A stretch of DNA of 32,000 nucleotides from Ktedonobacterales bacterium (GCA_030167145.1 CP126532.1:4890001-4922000), one strand, 5' to 3'. Shown: positions 16,467 to 26,130, counted from the first letter of the stretch. Notes: generated by a model from the letters alone, not told the origin. Translations and numbers: made by a program.

Positions 16467-17489
16467 TCAGAAGCCTTGGAGCCTCGCGATGTTCAGATGA
16501 TGGGCACTATCTGTGCCCGTCCACGCGATCATCACCCCTTGGTTGAACGCGAGTTCCGGCCCACCTAGCGCCGCTTCTGGGAGCACCGTCTTGTTTCCGG
16601 TCCATGTCGGGAAGGTCGAGGTCCATTTGACGTTCAGATGGTGAACGCTATCCGTTCCTGTCCAGGCAATCCAGAATTCTGGCCCGCCCTCGCTCTGGAA
16701 GTGGAGCATATCAGGGCTGGATGGGCTTGTCTCCGGGAGGCTGTTCCCCACGCCCGACGTAAAGTGAACGCCGTCCGTCGAGGTGGCTTGATCGAGCTTG
16801 CTCGTTGGCGTGGCCCAACTCAGCACGATGGTAGTAGTGCTCCCAACGGTGAAGACCGTCAAGGTCGGGCCAGTGCGGGCGCTGAACTGCGTCAGCGTCG
16901 TCACCTTGCCTGGCGTCAACGACGGCAACGCAATCGGCAATACATTCAGCGAGTGATTGGCGTCAGTCCCCACCCATGCCAGCAATAGATTCCCATTGAA
17001 CACTGTGATGGCAGGGCCGGTGAAGCTCGTCTGATTCAGCGTCAGCTTCTTCGGGCTGCCGTATACGTCAAACAACACGTTCAGCTTGTGTGCGGCATCG
17101 GTGCCACGCCAGGCGATGGCCACCGCACCGCCAGCCGACGAGGACATCTGCACCACCCCAGGGCGGTTGTCTGAGGTCTCGCCTAGCGTGATCTTGTGGC
17201 CGTAGTGCAATCCGTCCGTGCTTGTCATGACGTTCAGGTGGTGGGCAGTATCAGTGCCCGCCCAGGCGATCACCTCGCCAGTGTTGAGTTGGGCGTTGCC
17301 ATAGAACCCCGGAGCGTTGATGCTGGTCTCATTCAGTGTCACCTTCTGCAGTTCGGACACCGCTGCTGGCCGTGACGCAGCGTGGTGAGCAGCCTTTGCT
17401 GGCAAAGCAGTGAGAAAACCTGCAACGAGAATCAGTGCTACAAGGCCACATCCCAGTGCCATGCGCCAGGGGAACTGGTGTCTGCTCAT
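16467..17489 (-). CDS. Secreted protein built from six tandem repeats of about 48-52 aa (beta-propeller-like)
   Basis: 340 aa. AAGGAG lies 6 nt upstream of the ATG, and the protein starts with a signal peptide (...LTALPAKAAHH). The recurring motif is [AS]W.GTD..H.LN[VI]: IAWAGTDTAHHLNV, IAWRGTDAAHKLNV, LAWVGTDANHSLNV, degenerate LSWATPTSKLDQ, IAWTGTDSVHHLNV and IAWTGTDSAHHLNI. Confidence 0.8.
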   Translation of the reverse strand: MSRHQFPWRMALGCGLVALILVAGFLTALPAKAAHHAASRPAAVSELQKVTLNETSINAPGFYGNAQLNTGEVIAWAGTDTAHHLNVMTSTDGLHYGHKITLGETSDNRPGVVQMSSSAGGAVAIAWRGTDAAHKLNVLFDVYGSPKKLTLNQTSFTGPAITVFNGNLLLAWVGTDANHSLNVLPIALPSLTPGKVTTLTQFSARTGPTLTVFTVGSTTTIVLSWATPTSKLDQATSTDGVHFTSGVGNSLPETSPSSPDMLHFQSEGGPEFWIAWTGTDSVHHLNVKWTSTFPTWTGNKTVLPEAALGGPELAFNQGVMIAWTGTDSAHHLNIARLQGF

Positions 17490-17767
17490 GGTCGTCTCCT
17501 TTTCGACAACCGCGAAGCGCTCGCCGTTGAGTACTCCGCCTCATTGCAACACCCCCAGAGAAGCACGCGCACCTCACAGCAGACTCTCAGATGCAGGAAT
17601 CAACAGCACGGTCTAATCAAAAGAATCCCAAAGATGAGGAAGCTCGTCGAGGGAACCATGAGCGCGGGCGAACCAAGACAATATATCGGCCAACTACATG
17701 CTTCACTTGTCCGCAGTAACCATGCCACCCCCTCTACGAATACATGTGCCGCACCAAGCGAGCGTAT

Positions 17768-18496
17768 CTACTCTGGCAGCGGTTCCTGTCTTGGCTGCTC
17801 CGCGAACCGCCTATATACCTGAACTGCCGCCACCGCCCCCACAATCGGCCCTGTCAGATACGTCACCAAATATACCAACCAGTCAATCCGCAGACCGAAA
17901 AGCGCATCTACAAAATCGGGTCCAAATGCCCGTGCAGGATTCACCGGCGCACCCGTCGCAGGCTCCAGGCAGAGCACAATTGCCCCTAACGCCATTGCGA
18001 TTGTCAGCGCCGCCCAACCACTCGGCGCACGTGGATCCTCCGCCGTGGCGCTGATCGTCAGCAGGAGAATGAACGCACCCACCGCTTCCACTGCCCACCC
18101 CTGCCAGATGCTTGTACCCACCGAAAGCCGCACCGCTCCCAGCCGTCCCACCGTCACGCCCTCATGCCCGAATAGCACCAGCACCGCCGCTACTCCCAGA
18201 ATCGCTCCCGCATATTGCGCCGCGATATACGGAAGCACGTGCCCGCGTGGAAACCGCCCACCGCTCGCCAGCCCTAACGTTACCGCCGGATTCAGCACCG
18301 CCCCTGAAACCTTTCCCACGACCATCAAAATTACACACAGCGAAAAACTATCCACGAGGGCTAGAAATACCACCCCGGCTGGCGATTCCCCTTGATGTGC
18401 CGCATGATCCAGTAACCGCGCCCCTGTCGCCGCCCCTGCGTGAAATAGCACCAGAAGGAATGTGCCGAGCAGTTCCCCCACCAACCGCCGCCGCAT
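17768..18496 (-). CDS. MIP-family channel (aquaporin/glycerol facilitator-like)
   Basis: It has two NPA boxes (LNPAVTLG and VNPARAFG) and six hydrophobic helices. The start is chosen at ATG 18496 (MRRRLVGELLGTF) with GGAG 6 nt upstream. The ORF track extends to 18634. Confidence 0.85.
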   Translation of the reverse strand: MRRRLVGELLGTFLLVLFHAGAATGARLLDHAAHQGESPAGVVFLALVDSFSLCVILMVVGKVSGAVLNPAVTLGLASGGRFPRGHVLPYIAAQYAGAILGVAAVLVLFGHEGVTVGRLGAVRLSVGTSIWQGWAVEAVGAFILLLTISATAEDPRAPSGWAALTIAMALGAIVLCLEPATGAPVNPARAFGPDFVDALFGLRIDWLVYLVTYLTGPIVGAVAAVQVYRRFAEQPRQEPLPE

Positions 18497-18892
18497 TCCC
18501 ATCTCCGGCTCTGGGGTCGTCGGCTGCCTCGCTACCGTGCCCCGCCACACGAGCTGCTCCGCTCTCACCGCGCTGCCCCTCCCCGCCTTCTCGCTTGCTG
18601 TACAACCCACCGGCCCTGCCCTAGCATACATCATTACATCTCAATCTCAGCTTACTCCACAAGCCACGAATGGACCATCCTCCCGCCAACCGCGCCGCCT
18701 CACCCATCCTTAGGGCACGCGCCGAGCGCATCAGCCTCACACGCTTCTCCGGCAAGCGTTACCAACCGTGGTTGTTCGCTCGCCTCATCCACACATCGCC
18801 CCCGCGCGTATCTCCCCGCCTCACGCGATTCCCTTGACCTGGATGGTCCCGCGCTCGTGCTCCGGCCATTGATCGCCGAGAGCGTCGCGCTG

Positions 18893-19483
18893 TCACTTCT
18901 CCATCGCGAAATCCGCTAGCGTTTTCGGCGTGGCCCCAGCCGCCAGCATCTCATCCACCGCGCGCTGCCCATCACCTGCCGTTACCTCCACCGCCCGGAT
19001 CGCATCCGTCAGCAGCGACACATCCAGTCCCGCGCGCCGCGCGTCCAGTACCGTCGCGCGCACGCAATAATCTGTCGCGAGTCCACCAACATGCACATGC
19101 GAAATGTTCGCCGCGCGCAACACATCCAGTAATGTCTGCCCCTCAGCAGACATGCCCTCGAACATCGAGTAGCCATCGTCCACACCGCTCATGCCCTTCG
19201 TAAAAATCACCGTCTCCGGTGGCAGCCGCAGATCTGGATGAAACTCTGCTCCACGCGTCCCCTGCACGCAATGCTCTGGCCACGGCCCTCCGCGCGTCGT
19301 GAAATGAACCGTCTCCGGCGGATGCCAGTCGCGGCTGGCAAAAATCGGCATCCCAGCCGCCCGCGCCCGCGCGATGTACGCATTCAGCACTGGCATCACC
19401 ACATGCCCCTCTGGAACCGCGAGCGCGCCACCAGGACAAAAGTCGTTCTGCGCATCAACGATCAGTAGCGCCTCCGTTGCCAT
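18893..19483 (-). CDS. pncA: Nicotinamidase/pyrazinamidase (isochorismatase family)
   Basis: MATEALLIVDAQNDFCPGGALAV... and ...THVHVGGLATDYCV are PncA signatures. The start at 19483 has the SD GGAGGTGA upstream. Confidence 0.85.
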   Translation of the reverse strand: MATEALLIVDAQNDFCPGGALAVPEGHVVMPVLNAYIARARAAGMPIFASRDWHPPETVHFTTRGGPWPEHCVQGTRGAEFHPDLRLPPETVIFTKGMSGVDDGYSMFEGMSAEGQTLLDVLRAANISHVHVGGLATDYCVRATVLDARRAGLDVSLLTDAIRAVEVTAGDGQRAVDEMLAAGATPKTLADFAMEK

Positions 19484-19507
19484 AGCGCTCACCTCCATCT
19501 CGTGCGC

Positions 19508-20224
19508 CTACGTGCTCACCTTCGGATTGAAGCGAAACAACTGCGCTGGGCGATGCTGGCCCGTCATCTTCGTATGCTGCGTCGGCTCAACGATCCGCAT
19601 CAGCAACAGCTTCTTGCGAAAATTTCGCTTATCCAACGGGCGATTCAGAATTGCCTCGTAGACTTCCTGCAACTCGCTCAGCGTAAACTCTGTGCCCAGC
19701 AGTTGAAAACCAATCGTCGTATATTCCAGCTTTCCCCGCAGCCGCAGCAGCGTATAGCGCAAAATATCGGCATGGTCGAACGCCAGTGGTGGCAAGTCAT
19801 ACGCCGACCACAACCGTGCCGCCTCGTCGTGTATCGCCAGCTCATCAGCGCGAATCAGCGCATAGTAGACCACCGTAATCACCCGCATCCGTGGGTCACG
19901 ATGCGGATCGCCGAAGGTATACAACTGTTCCAGATACATGTCCCGTGCGCCGGTCTCCTCTTCCAGCTTGCGCTTGGCCGCATCTTCCAGAGATTCATCG
20001 CTGCGCACAAAGCCACCAGGGATACCCCACATACCTTCGTAGGGCGCTCGGCTTCGCTTCACCAGCGCCACCTCCAGCCGCCGCTCGCGCACCGTTAGAA
20101 TCACTACATTCACGGCCACGGCAGGCCGGTCCTGCGCCATGGCTGTGGGTCTTGGCGCTGGCGCCGTATCTGTGGCTGGGGTTGGCGCGGGCGATGTGTC
20201 GGTGCTGCGCGTCACGGGTTCCAC
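19508..20224 (-). CDS. Nudix-domain plus winged-helix protein, NrtR-like (Nudix-related regulator of NAD metabolism)
   Basis: It has a Nudix box (GGFVRSDESLEDAAKRKLEEETGA; the canonical RE is RK here). A C-terminal wHTH-like region follows (FTLSELQEVYEAILNRPLDKRNFRKKLL). It lies 24 nt upstream of pncA on the same strand. The start could instead be the internal ATG near 20140. Confidence 0.7.
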   Translation of the reverse strand: MEPVTRSTDTSPAPTPATDTAPAPRPTAMAQDRPAVAVNVVILTVRERRLEVALVKRSRAPYEGMWGIPGGFVRSDESLEDAAKRKLEEETGARDMYLEQLYTFGDPHRDPRMRVITVVYYALIRADELAIHDEAARLWSAYDLPPLAFDHADILRYTLLRLRGKLEYTTIGFQLLGTEFTLSELQEVYEAILNRPLDKRNFRKKLLLMRIVEPTQHTKMTGQHRPAQLFRFNPKVST

Positions 20225-20467
20225 TCCTCGCCGCTGCTTCTCGCGGAGAACGCATGCCCTCCGCTACTCAACGTATCCCTATCCGAACAGGCTTGTCAAC
20301 CTATGCTCGTGCCATCCATATCCCGTGCGCTAGCCACTCATCACCATCGCTTGACCCACTACCCGACAGTGTGCGACACTGCGCCCGGCTTTGCGTGTAC
20401 CTGATCTTCATCTCGTTGTACTGCCCGCACCAGCGGGCAGCAGTGACATACGCTACGGGAGAAACCT

Positions 20468-21172
20468 ATGGCAGACGAAACACAAGCGCCGCGCGGATTG
20501 CCAATGGCCGGAGTTCCTCAGCCCTCGCGCGCAGAGGTGCTATCCCTGCCCAATGTGCATATCTCGCAGCACCCAGTCATCGCCCATATGATGGGTATGC
20601 TGCGCGACCGCACTACACCGCACCCAGAGTTCTACAAGCTGGTGCGCGAGATGGGCACCTTGCTCGCCTACGAAGCTACCTCAGATCTTCTCACCGTCGA
20701 AACTACCGTCACCACCCCGCTCGAAACCACCACTGCGCGCAAGCTCGCGGGCGGCGTGGGCATCGTGCCGATCCTGCGCGCTGGTCTGGGGCTGGCCGAC
20801 GGTTTCCGACAAGTGCTGCCCGATGCCCAGGTCTGGCATCTGGGCCTGCGGCGTGACGAGCATACCCTGGAGCCAATCGAGTACTATAATCAGTTGGCGC
20901 GCGCCAACAACCTCCAGGTATGCTTCTCAGTAGATCCCATGCTCGCGACGGGTGGCTCGGCGATAGACGCGCTCAACATCCTGAAGCGTTACCGCGTACC
21001 GCACCTGCGTTATGTCGGCTTGATCGGCGCGCCCTACGGGCTAAAGAAGCTGCGCGAGGCGCACCCCGACGTGCCAATCTATCTGGCCGCGCTCGATGAG
21101 CGGCTTGATGATCGCGGGTACATCTGCCCCGGCCTGGGTGATGCGGGCGACCGGCAATTCGGCACCCTGTAA
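20468..21172 (+). CDS. upp: Uracil phosphoribosyltransferase
   Basis: VHISQHPVIAHMMGMLRD..T, VPILRAGLG, the PRPP motif VDPMLATGGSA and PGLGDAGDRQFGT are all present. The SD GGGAG lies 6 nt upstream. Confidence 0.9.
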   Translation: MADETQAPRGLPMAGVPQPSRAEVLSLPNVHISQHPVIAHMMGMLRDRTTPHPEFYKLVREMGTLLAYEATSDLLTVETTVTTPLETTTARKLAGGVGIVPILRAGLGLADGFRQVLPDAQVWHLGLRRDEHTLEPIEYYNQLARANNLQVCFSVDPMLATGGSAIDALNILKRYRVPHLRYVGLIGAPYGLKKLREAHPDVPIYLAALDERLDDRGYICPGLGDAGDRQFGTL

Positions 21173-21232
21173 GCCACACCGCACCGTCCACCCGCGACGG
21201 CAAACAACCCCTACTAGGAGCGACTTTTCGCT

Positions 21233-21859
21233 GTGTCCAGTCTTACACCCGATCCCGAACACCCCAATATGTCCGACCTAGCCGATTCCTCCGGTTCTTC
21301 TGAGTCAGGCGCGACCCAGCTACCCGCCCCGCTGACCCAGGGATCGAGCGGCTCAGGAGCATCCACGCCACCAGACCCCTACGAGGGCGCGGTGCCGCCT
21401 GGTTATGACTGGCCCACCCACGGTGGCTATCTCGGCTGTCTCCTGAGCCTCATGGCCTCATGCCTGATCGGCGGCTTCCTCGGTTCCACGCTCTTTGCCG
21501 CGCTCAGCTACCACCAGATTCTTCCCCAGCCCGTCACCATTACTCTGACGGTGGCTGTTTACCTTGTCATCATCGTCGGACTGGGCCGGTTAGGTTGGGT
21601 GCTTGGGCGTCGCTTCTACCGCCAGTACACCCCGCCAGACGTACAGACTTGGGGCGAACACGACGACTACACCCCGGAAGGCGCCGAACCGCCCTATGTC
21701 GTCAGCGTGCATGAGCATGCTTCAGACGAACACGGTGACGATACTGACGATGCTGGGGAGGACAGTAACGGCGATCACGAAAGCCTTGGTGACACTGCCG
21801 ATACTCAGAGTGTCCCAACGCTCAATGAGGCCACCCCAGCCAACACCGAAGGGGGATAG
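21233..21859 (+). CDS. Hypothetical membrane protein with two TM helices and an acidic C-terminal tail
   Basis: 208 aa with the TM segments GYLGCLLSLMASCLIGGFLGSTLFAAL and VTITLTVAVYLVIIVGLG. The tail is Asp/Glu/His-rich. The start (GTG 21233 or ATG 21269) is uncertain. Confidence 0.5.
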   Translation: MSSLTPDPEHPNMSDLADSSGSSESGATQLPAPLTQGSSGSGASTPPDPYEGAVPPGYDWPTHGGYLGCLLSLMASCLIGGFLGSTLFAALSYHQILPQPVTITLTVAVYLVIIVGLGRLGWVLGRRFYRQYTPPDVQTWGEHDDYTPEGAEPPYVVSVHEHASDEHGDDTDDAGEDSNGDHESLGDTADTQSVPTLNEATPANTEGG

Positions 21860-21904
21860 GGGCACGGACTGTTACTAGTGCAAATCAGCCGTTCAAAAGC
21901 ACAG

Positions 21905-22348
21905 CTATGGCACTGCGACCAGAGAATCGCGCATGGACAAGAGTTCGCGCCGGTGTTGAGTCACCAGCCGTTCGAGCATCGCTTCGCCGGTGGGTGTCAG
22001 ATGGATGAAGACCTGGCGACGGTCATGCACCCCCGGCTCGCGCCGCACCAATCCCTGGGCTTCCGTGCGATCAATCAGCCCCACCATGCTATGCTGGCGC
22101 ATCTGCAAGCGCTCGGCCAGTTCTGAGACCGTGGCGTAGTCCCGTCCAGGGAAACCTTTGATCGCTAGCAAAAGCTGGTGTTGTTGTGGCGTGATGCCTT
22201 CCTGTCGCGCCGCCTGTTCACTGAAGCGCACGAAGCGACGAATGGTGTAGCGAAATGCCGCGATAGCCTCGTATTCCGGCTTGCTGATAGAGGGAGCCGC
22301 GGAGCCAGATGGCATTGGTGGCAATGCCGAAGCCAATTTTCGATTCAT
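21905..22348 (-). CDS. MarR-family transcriptional regulator
   Basis: 147 aa. GITPQQHQLLLAIKGFPGRDYATVSELAERLQMRQHSMVGLIDRTEAQGLVRREPGVHDRRQVFIHLTPTGEAML is a typical MarR wHTH. Confidence 0.85.
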   Translation of the reverse strand: MNRKLASALPPMPSGSAAPSISKPEYEAIAAFRYTIRRFVRFSEQAARQEGITPQQHQLLLAIKGFPGRDYATVSELAERLQMRQHSMVGLIDRTEAQGLVRREPGVHDRRQVFIHLTPTGEAMLERLVTQHRRELLSMRDSLVAVP

Positions 22349-22366
22349 AGGAGACGACCTCGAAGT

Positions 22367-23047
22367 TTACTTTCCCAGCGCAATGAAAACCGCGCCTGCG
22401 GCACTCAACAGGCTTCCCGCCAGACACAGTAGGCCCCAGACGATCCGACCGGTGCGCGCCTGCCGCGCTGGCGCTGGCACGCCGTATTGCGGCACGCCAT
22501 ATGTCGGGGTCATGTACGGCACGCCACCCTGATAGGGCGGCGTTGCGGGTGGGGGCACAAATGCTTCGGTTGGCGCGTCGCCATCTCCTGGCAGCCATCC
22601 ATTCGATGTACCACCATAGTAGCGCGGCTGCGCGCCTGATGCGGGCATGTTCCTTGTCGGGCCAACGTAATTCATTCCGCCAGCATCGAGTCCTGAACCC
22701 AGTGGGGTGCCACACTGGCCGCAGAACACTTCACCAGGGGCCACCCGTGCGCCGCACGCGCCGCAGAAGCGGACGGGTGTGTTACTTCCAGTGCGCTGTG
22801 GCGCGGCGCTCGATGCCTGTGTTCCCGCGCCATACTGAGGCGCGTGCGTGGCGCGCGGCGCGGCTGCCTGGCTGGGCGGGGTGCGCACTTCAGCGCGATA
22901 CGCGGCATCAGCGGCGCGGGTCGCACCGAGCGAAGGCGCGTCGTCTTCCTCCTCGGCGTAGATGCCCTCAGCGGCGTGCCAGCCACAATTCTGGCAGATA
23001 CCGCGCGCATCCACTGCGTCTGCGCCGCATCGTTCGCATGTCTGCAT
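22367..23047 (-). CDS. Double zinc-ribbon protein with a Pro/Gly/Tyr-rich linker and a C-terminal TM anchor
   Basis: It has CERCG...CQNCG and CGACG...CGQCG motifs and a C-terminal helix (IVWGLLCLAGSLLSAAGAVFIALG). It lies directly upstream of marR on the same strand (18-nt gap). Confidence 0.65.
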   Translation of the reverse strand: MQTCERCGADAVDARGICQNCGWHAAEGIYAEEEDDAPSLGATRAADAAYRAEVRTPPSQAAAPRATHAPQYGAGTQASSAAPQRTGSNTPVRFCGACGARVAPGEVFCGQCGTPLGSGLDAGGMNYVGPTRNMPASGAQPRYYGGTSNGWLPGDGDAPTEAFVPPPATPPYQGGVPYMTPTYGVPQYGVPAPARQARTGRIVWGLLCLAGSLLSAAGAVFIALGK

Positions 23048-23143
23048 ATCGTCCTCTCCTCGCCGCCGGCTATCGGTTGCCGCGCCGTAACGCTATCCCC
23101 TCATCATGCAGTATAGCGCCCCTTGGGCGCACTCGCAACGCCA

Positions 23144-23177
23144 CCGGACAGAAGAACCGGACAGAAGAACGGAGAAT
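23144..23177. repeat. Tandem 13-mer CCGGACAGAAGAA x2 plus a degenerate third unit
   Basis: Read directly. It lies in the divergent intergenic region between the zinc-ribbon gene and the LCP gene. Confidence 0.85.
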
Positions 23178-23292
23178 CCTCGCCCGACACCCAACATACC
23201 GTTTTGGTTCATTCTTTGGCATATTGCTCCTTTTGGGATATACCTTGCGATAGGGTTGTTCGTATCACCCATACAGGGCGCGCACAGTTCCC

Positions 23293-23327
23293 TTGCGAAA
23301 CCTGCGAAACCTTGCGAACATGCGCGC
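23293..23327. repeat. Phased direct repeats TGCGAAAC / TGCGAAAC / TGCGAAC / TGCGCGC with 8-10 nt spacing
   Basis: Read directly at 23294, 23303, 23313 and 23321. They lie 50-85 nt upstream of the proposed LCP start. Confidence 0.8.
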
Positions 23328-23377
23328 TCTACAGTGATGGTGGCGAAATTGCAGCTTGTTGGGATGGAGCTAGCGTG

Positions 23378-24685
23378 ATGAAGGATGCTGGTAATTTCAA
23401 CGATGACTCAACCGCATGGGGCACTCAGGCGCGGCCACTTGGCGCGCGCGGCGTGCCTGGGCCAGAGAATCCTACCCCTCCGCCCACTCTGCCGCTGGGT
23501 CATCCCGATGCGCCCACCCTGCCAGGGCGCGCTATCCGCCGCGATGCTCCCCAACCATCTCCTTCGTCGCCGTTGCCACCACTCGCGCCTATGACCAGAC
23601 CAGTTGCGCCTGCGCGCTCGCCTATGCCCATGCAAGTGGCCCAGGGCGCGCGTCCGCTTGCGCCCGCTGTGCCTGGCGCTAAGCCAGTTCGCCGCAAGCG
23701 TCACATCGTGCGGTATTCGATTCTGGCGACGCTGGCCGCCCTGCTGATTGTCAGCATTCTTGGTCTGCATCGCGTCGCCGATTTCGGCAGCGCCATATCC
23801 ACACAATCGCCCTTTAGCTCGCAGACCGGCTATCTGACTGGACTGGGGCGTGTCAATCTGCTGGTCATGGGCTATGGTGGCGGCAACCACGATGGCGCGT
23901 ATCTGACCGATAGTTTGCTCGTCATTAGTCTGAATCCACATGACAACGCCACTACTCTGATTTCCGTGCCACGTGACCTGTGGGTGCAGGTGCCGCCTGG
24001 TTCGGGCCAATACGCCAAAATCAATACCGCCTACGAAAACGGCTACTATAATGGCTACAATGGACAGGCCGCGGGGCGTGTCGCGGGGGGGGCCGAGGCC
24101 GCCGAAAAAGTCTCCGAGGCGTTGGGCATGGATGTTTCATACTGGCTAACCATAGACTTCTCTGGCTTCCGCGAGCTTGTAGATACCCTCGGCGGCGTGG
24201 ACATCACCGTACCAACCGGCTTCACCGCTAGATACCCGCGCAATGACGATCCAAAGATTGATCCTGGTTGGAAGATCATCACATTCAAGGCGGGCGCGCA
24301 ACATATGAATGGCGAACAGGCCATTGAGTACGCCCGTGCGCGGTATGTGCTTCAGCCCGCCAGCGAAGGCACTGACTTCGCCCGCTCAGTGCGCCAGCAA
24401 TTGCTGCTGCGCGCCATCCTGAGCCGCGCGCGCTCGGTGAGCGCCTGGCCGCGCCTGCTGAACGCGGCGACCGCGTTGGAACATTCGCTCTATACCAACC
24501 TCTCGCTGGCCGACCTAACGCTCTTCAGCCAGAAGCTCGACTTGAATCATGCGGGGCGTATTGGCCTGTCAAATCAGAATGTGCTGGTAGATGCGCAGTC
24601 CAGCGACGGGCAGGATATCCTTCTGCCCACCAACAATGACTGGGATGCGGTGAAGCAATACGTGTCCCAGAACTTGAAGTCGTGA
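23378..24685 (+). CDS. LytR-CpsA-Psr (LCP) family cell-envelope phosphotransferase
   Basis: A Pro-rich cytoplasmic N-terminus and one TM helix (ILATLAALLIVSILGL) precede the LCP core. The core reads NLLVMGYGG...DSLLVISLNP.....LISVPRDLWV, NTAY and FSGFRELVDTLGGVDI. The start at 23378 has GGATGGAG 8 nt upstream. The ORF track begins at 23123. Confidence 0.85.
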   Translation: MKDAGNFNDDSTAWGTQARPLGARGVPGPENPTPPPTLPLGHPDAPTLPGRAIRRDAPQPSPSSPLPPLAPMTRPVAPARSPMPMQVAQGARPLAPAVPGAKPVRRKRHIVRYSILATLAALLIVSILGLHRVADFGSAISTQSPFSSQTGYLTGLGRVNLLVMGYGGGNHDGAYLTDSLLVISLNPHDNATTLISVPRDLWVQVPPGSGQYAKINTAYENGYYNGYNGQAAGRVAGGAEAAEKVSEALGMDVSYWLTIDFSGFRELVDTLGGVDITVPTGFTARYPRNDDPKIDPGWKIITFKAGAQHMNGEQAIEYARARYVLQPASEGTDFARSVRQQLLLRAILSRARSVSAWPRLLNAATALEHSLYTNLSLADLTLFSQKLDLNHAGRIGLSNQNVLVDAQSSDGQDILLPTNNDWDAVKQYVSQNLKS

Positions 24686-24778
24686 CAGGAATCCGCGCTA
24701 TCATCCGTACATCATCATCCAGACTAACAGGCCAGGGTAACGCGCGGGCCACATAGCGCTGGCGCAGCAGGAGAACCT

Positions 24779-26080
24779 ATGCGAACGGACCACTCTGAGC
24801 GCCTCTATGCTGAGGCTTGCGCCGTTATACCCGGTGGAGTGAACAGCCCCGTGCGTGCCTTCAAGGCGGTTGGGGGCAATCCGCTCTTCATCGAGCGTGG
24901 CGAAGGCGCATATCTCTTCGACGCCGACGGCAATCGCTACATAGATTACGTGGGTTCCTGGGGGCCGCTCATTCTCGGTCATGCCGATCCGCGTGTCATC
25001 GCCGCTATCACCGAAACCGCCCAACGTGGCACGAGTTTCGGCGCGCCAACCGAGGCGGAGGTGCGGCTGGCGGAGCTGGTCGTTCAGGCGGTGCCTAGCA
25101 TCGAGATGGTGCGTTTCGTCAATTCGGGCACCGAAGCCACGATGAGCGCTCTGCGGCTAGCGCGGGCTTATACTGGCCGCAGCAAAATCATCAAGTTCGC
25201 GGGCGGTTACCACGGCCACGCGGATATGCTGTTGGTGGCGGCTGGCTCCGGAGCGTTAACACTTGGCATGCCCGATAGCCCTGGAGTCCCGCCAGCCGCG
25301 ACGGCCGAGACACTGGTTGCGCCGTATAACGATGTGGCGGCGGTGCGCGATCTCTTCGCGCGTTTCCCCACTGAAATTGCTGCGGTGATTGTCGAGCCGG
25401 TCGCGGGGAATATGGGCTGTGTGCCGCCAGCGGCGGGGTTTCTGGCGGGGCTACGCGAGGTCACACGCGAGTATGGGGCGGTGCTGATCTTCGATGAAGT
25501 GATGACCGGCTTCCGAGTGGCGTATGGCGGCGCGCAAACGCTCTATGGCATCACGCCCGATCTGACCTGCCTCGGCAAGATTGTCGGCGGCGGGTTGCCG
25601 GCGGCGGCGTATGGTGGCAAACGCGAACTGCTGACGATGATCGCGCCGTCGGGTCCAGTCTATCAGGCTGGCACGCTCTCTGGTAATCCACTGGCGATGG
25701 CGGCGGGCGCGGCGCAACTCGAAGCATTGCGCCAGCCGGGGGCGTATGAGCGGCTTGAGCAGCTTGCGGAAACGCTCGAAGGCGGATTGCGCGCGGCGGC
25801 GCAATCCGCGGGTGTGCCGCTCTATCTGACGCGCGTTGGTTCGATGTTCTGCGCCTTCTTCACCGAAGGACCAGTCTCCGATGAGACATCGGCGAAGCGC
25901 TCTGATGCCGCGGCATTCGCCACCTACTTCCGCGCGATGCTGGAACGCGGCGTGTATCTCGCGCCCGCGCAATTCGAGGCGGGCTTCCTCTCGCTGGCTC
26001 ATACTGACGCCGACATCGCACATACCATCGAAGCGGCGCAGGTGGCCCTTCGAGAAGTGGCGGCGCGGCATCCTCATTGA
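24779..26080 (+). CDS. hemL: Glutamate-1-semialdehyde 2,1-aminomutase
   Basis: 433 aa. [60 protein letters not shown] is the HemL N-terminus. The SD AGGAG lies 5 nt upstream. Confidence 0.93.
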   Translation: MRTDHSERLYAEACAVIPGGVNSPVRAFKAVGGNPLFIERGEGAYLFDADGNRYIDYVGSWGPLILGHADPRVIAAITETAQRGTSFGAPTEAEVRLAELVVQAVPSIEMVRFVNSGTEATMSALRLARAYTGRSKIIKFAGGYHGHADMLLVAAGSGALTLGMPDSPGVPPAATAETLVAPYNDVAAVRDLFARFPTEIAAVIVEPVAGNMGCVPPAAGFLAGLREVTREYGAVLIFDEVMTGFRVAYGGAQTLYGITPDLTCLGKIVGGGLPAAAYGGKRELLTMIAPSGPVYQAGTLSGNPLAMAAGAAQLEALRQPGAYERLEQLAETLEGGLRAAAQSAGVPLYLTRVGSMFCAFFTEGPVSDETSAKRSDAAAFATYFRAMLERGVYLAPAQFEAGFLSLAHTDADIAHTIEAAQVALREVAARHPH

Positions 26081-26112
26081 TGCCGCCCGCCATCCACCAC
26101 CACCAGCAACAA

Positions 26113-26130
26113 AGGGATGCGTGCATCCTT
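26113..26130. terminator. Weak candidate hairpin terminator between convergent hemL and the small minus-strand genes
   Basis: AGGGATGC-GT-GCATCCTT. On the minus strand it is followed by TTTGTTG. No clear U-tract follows on the plus strand. Confidence 0.3.
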
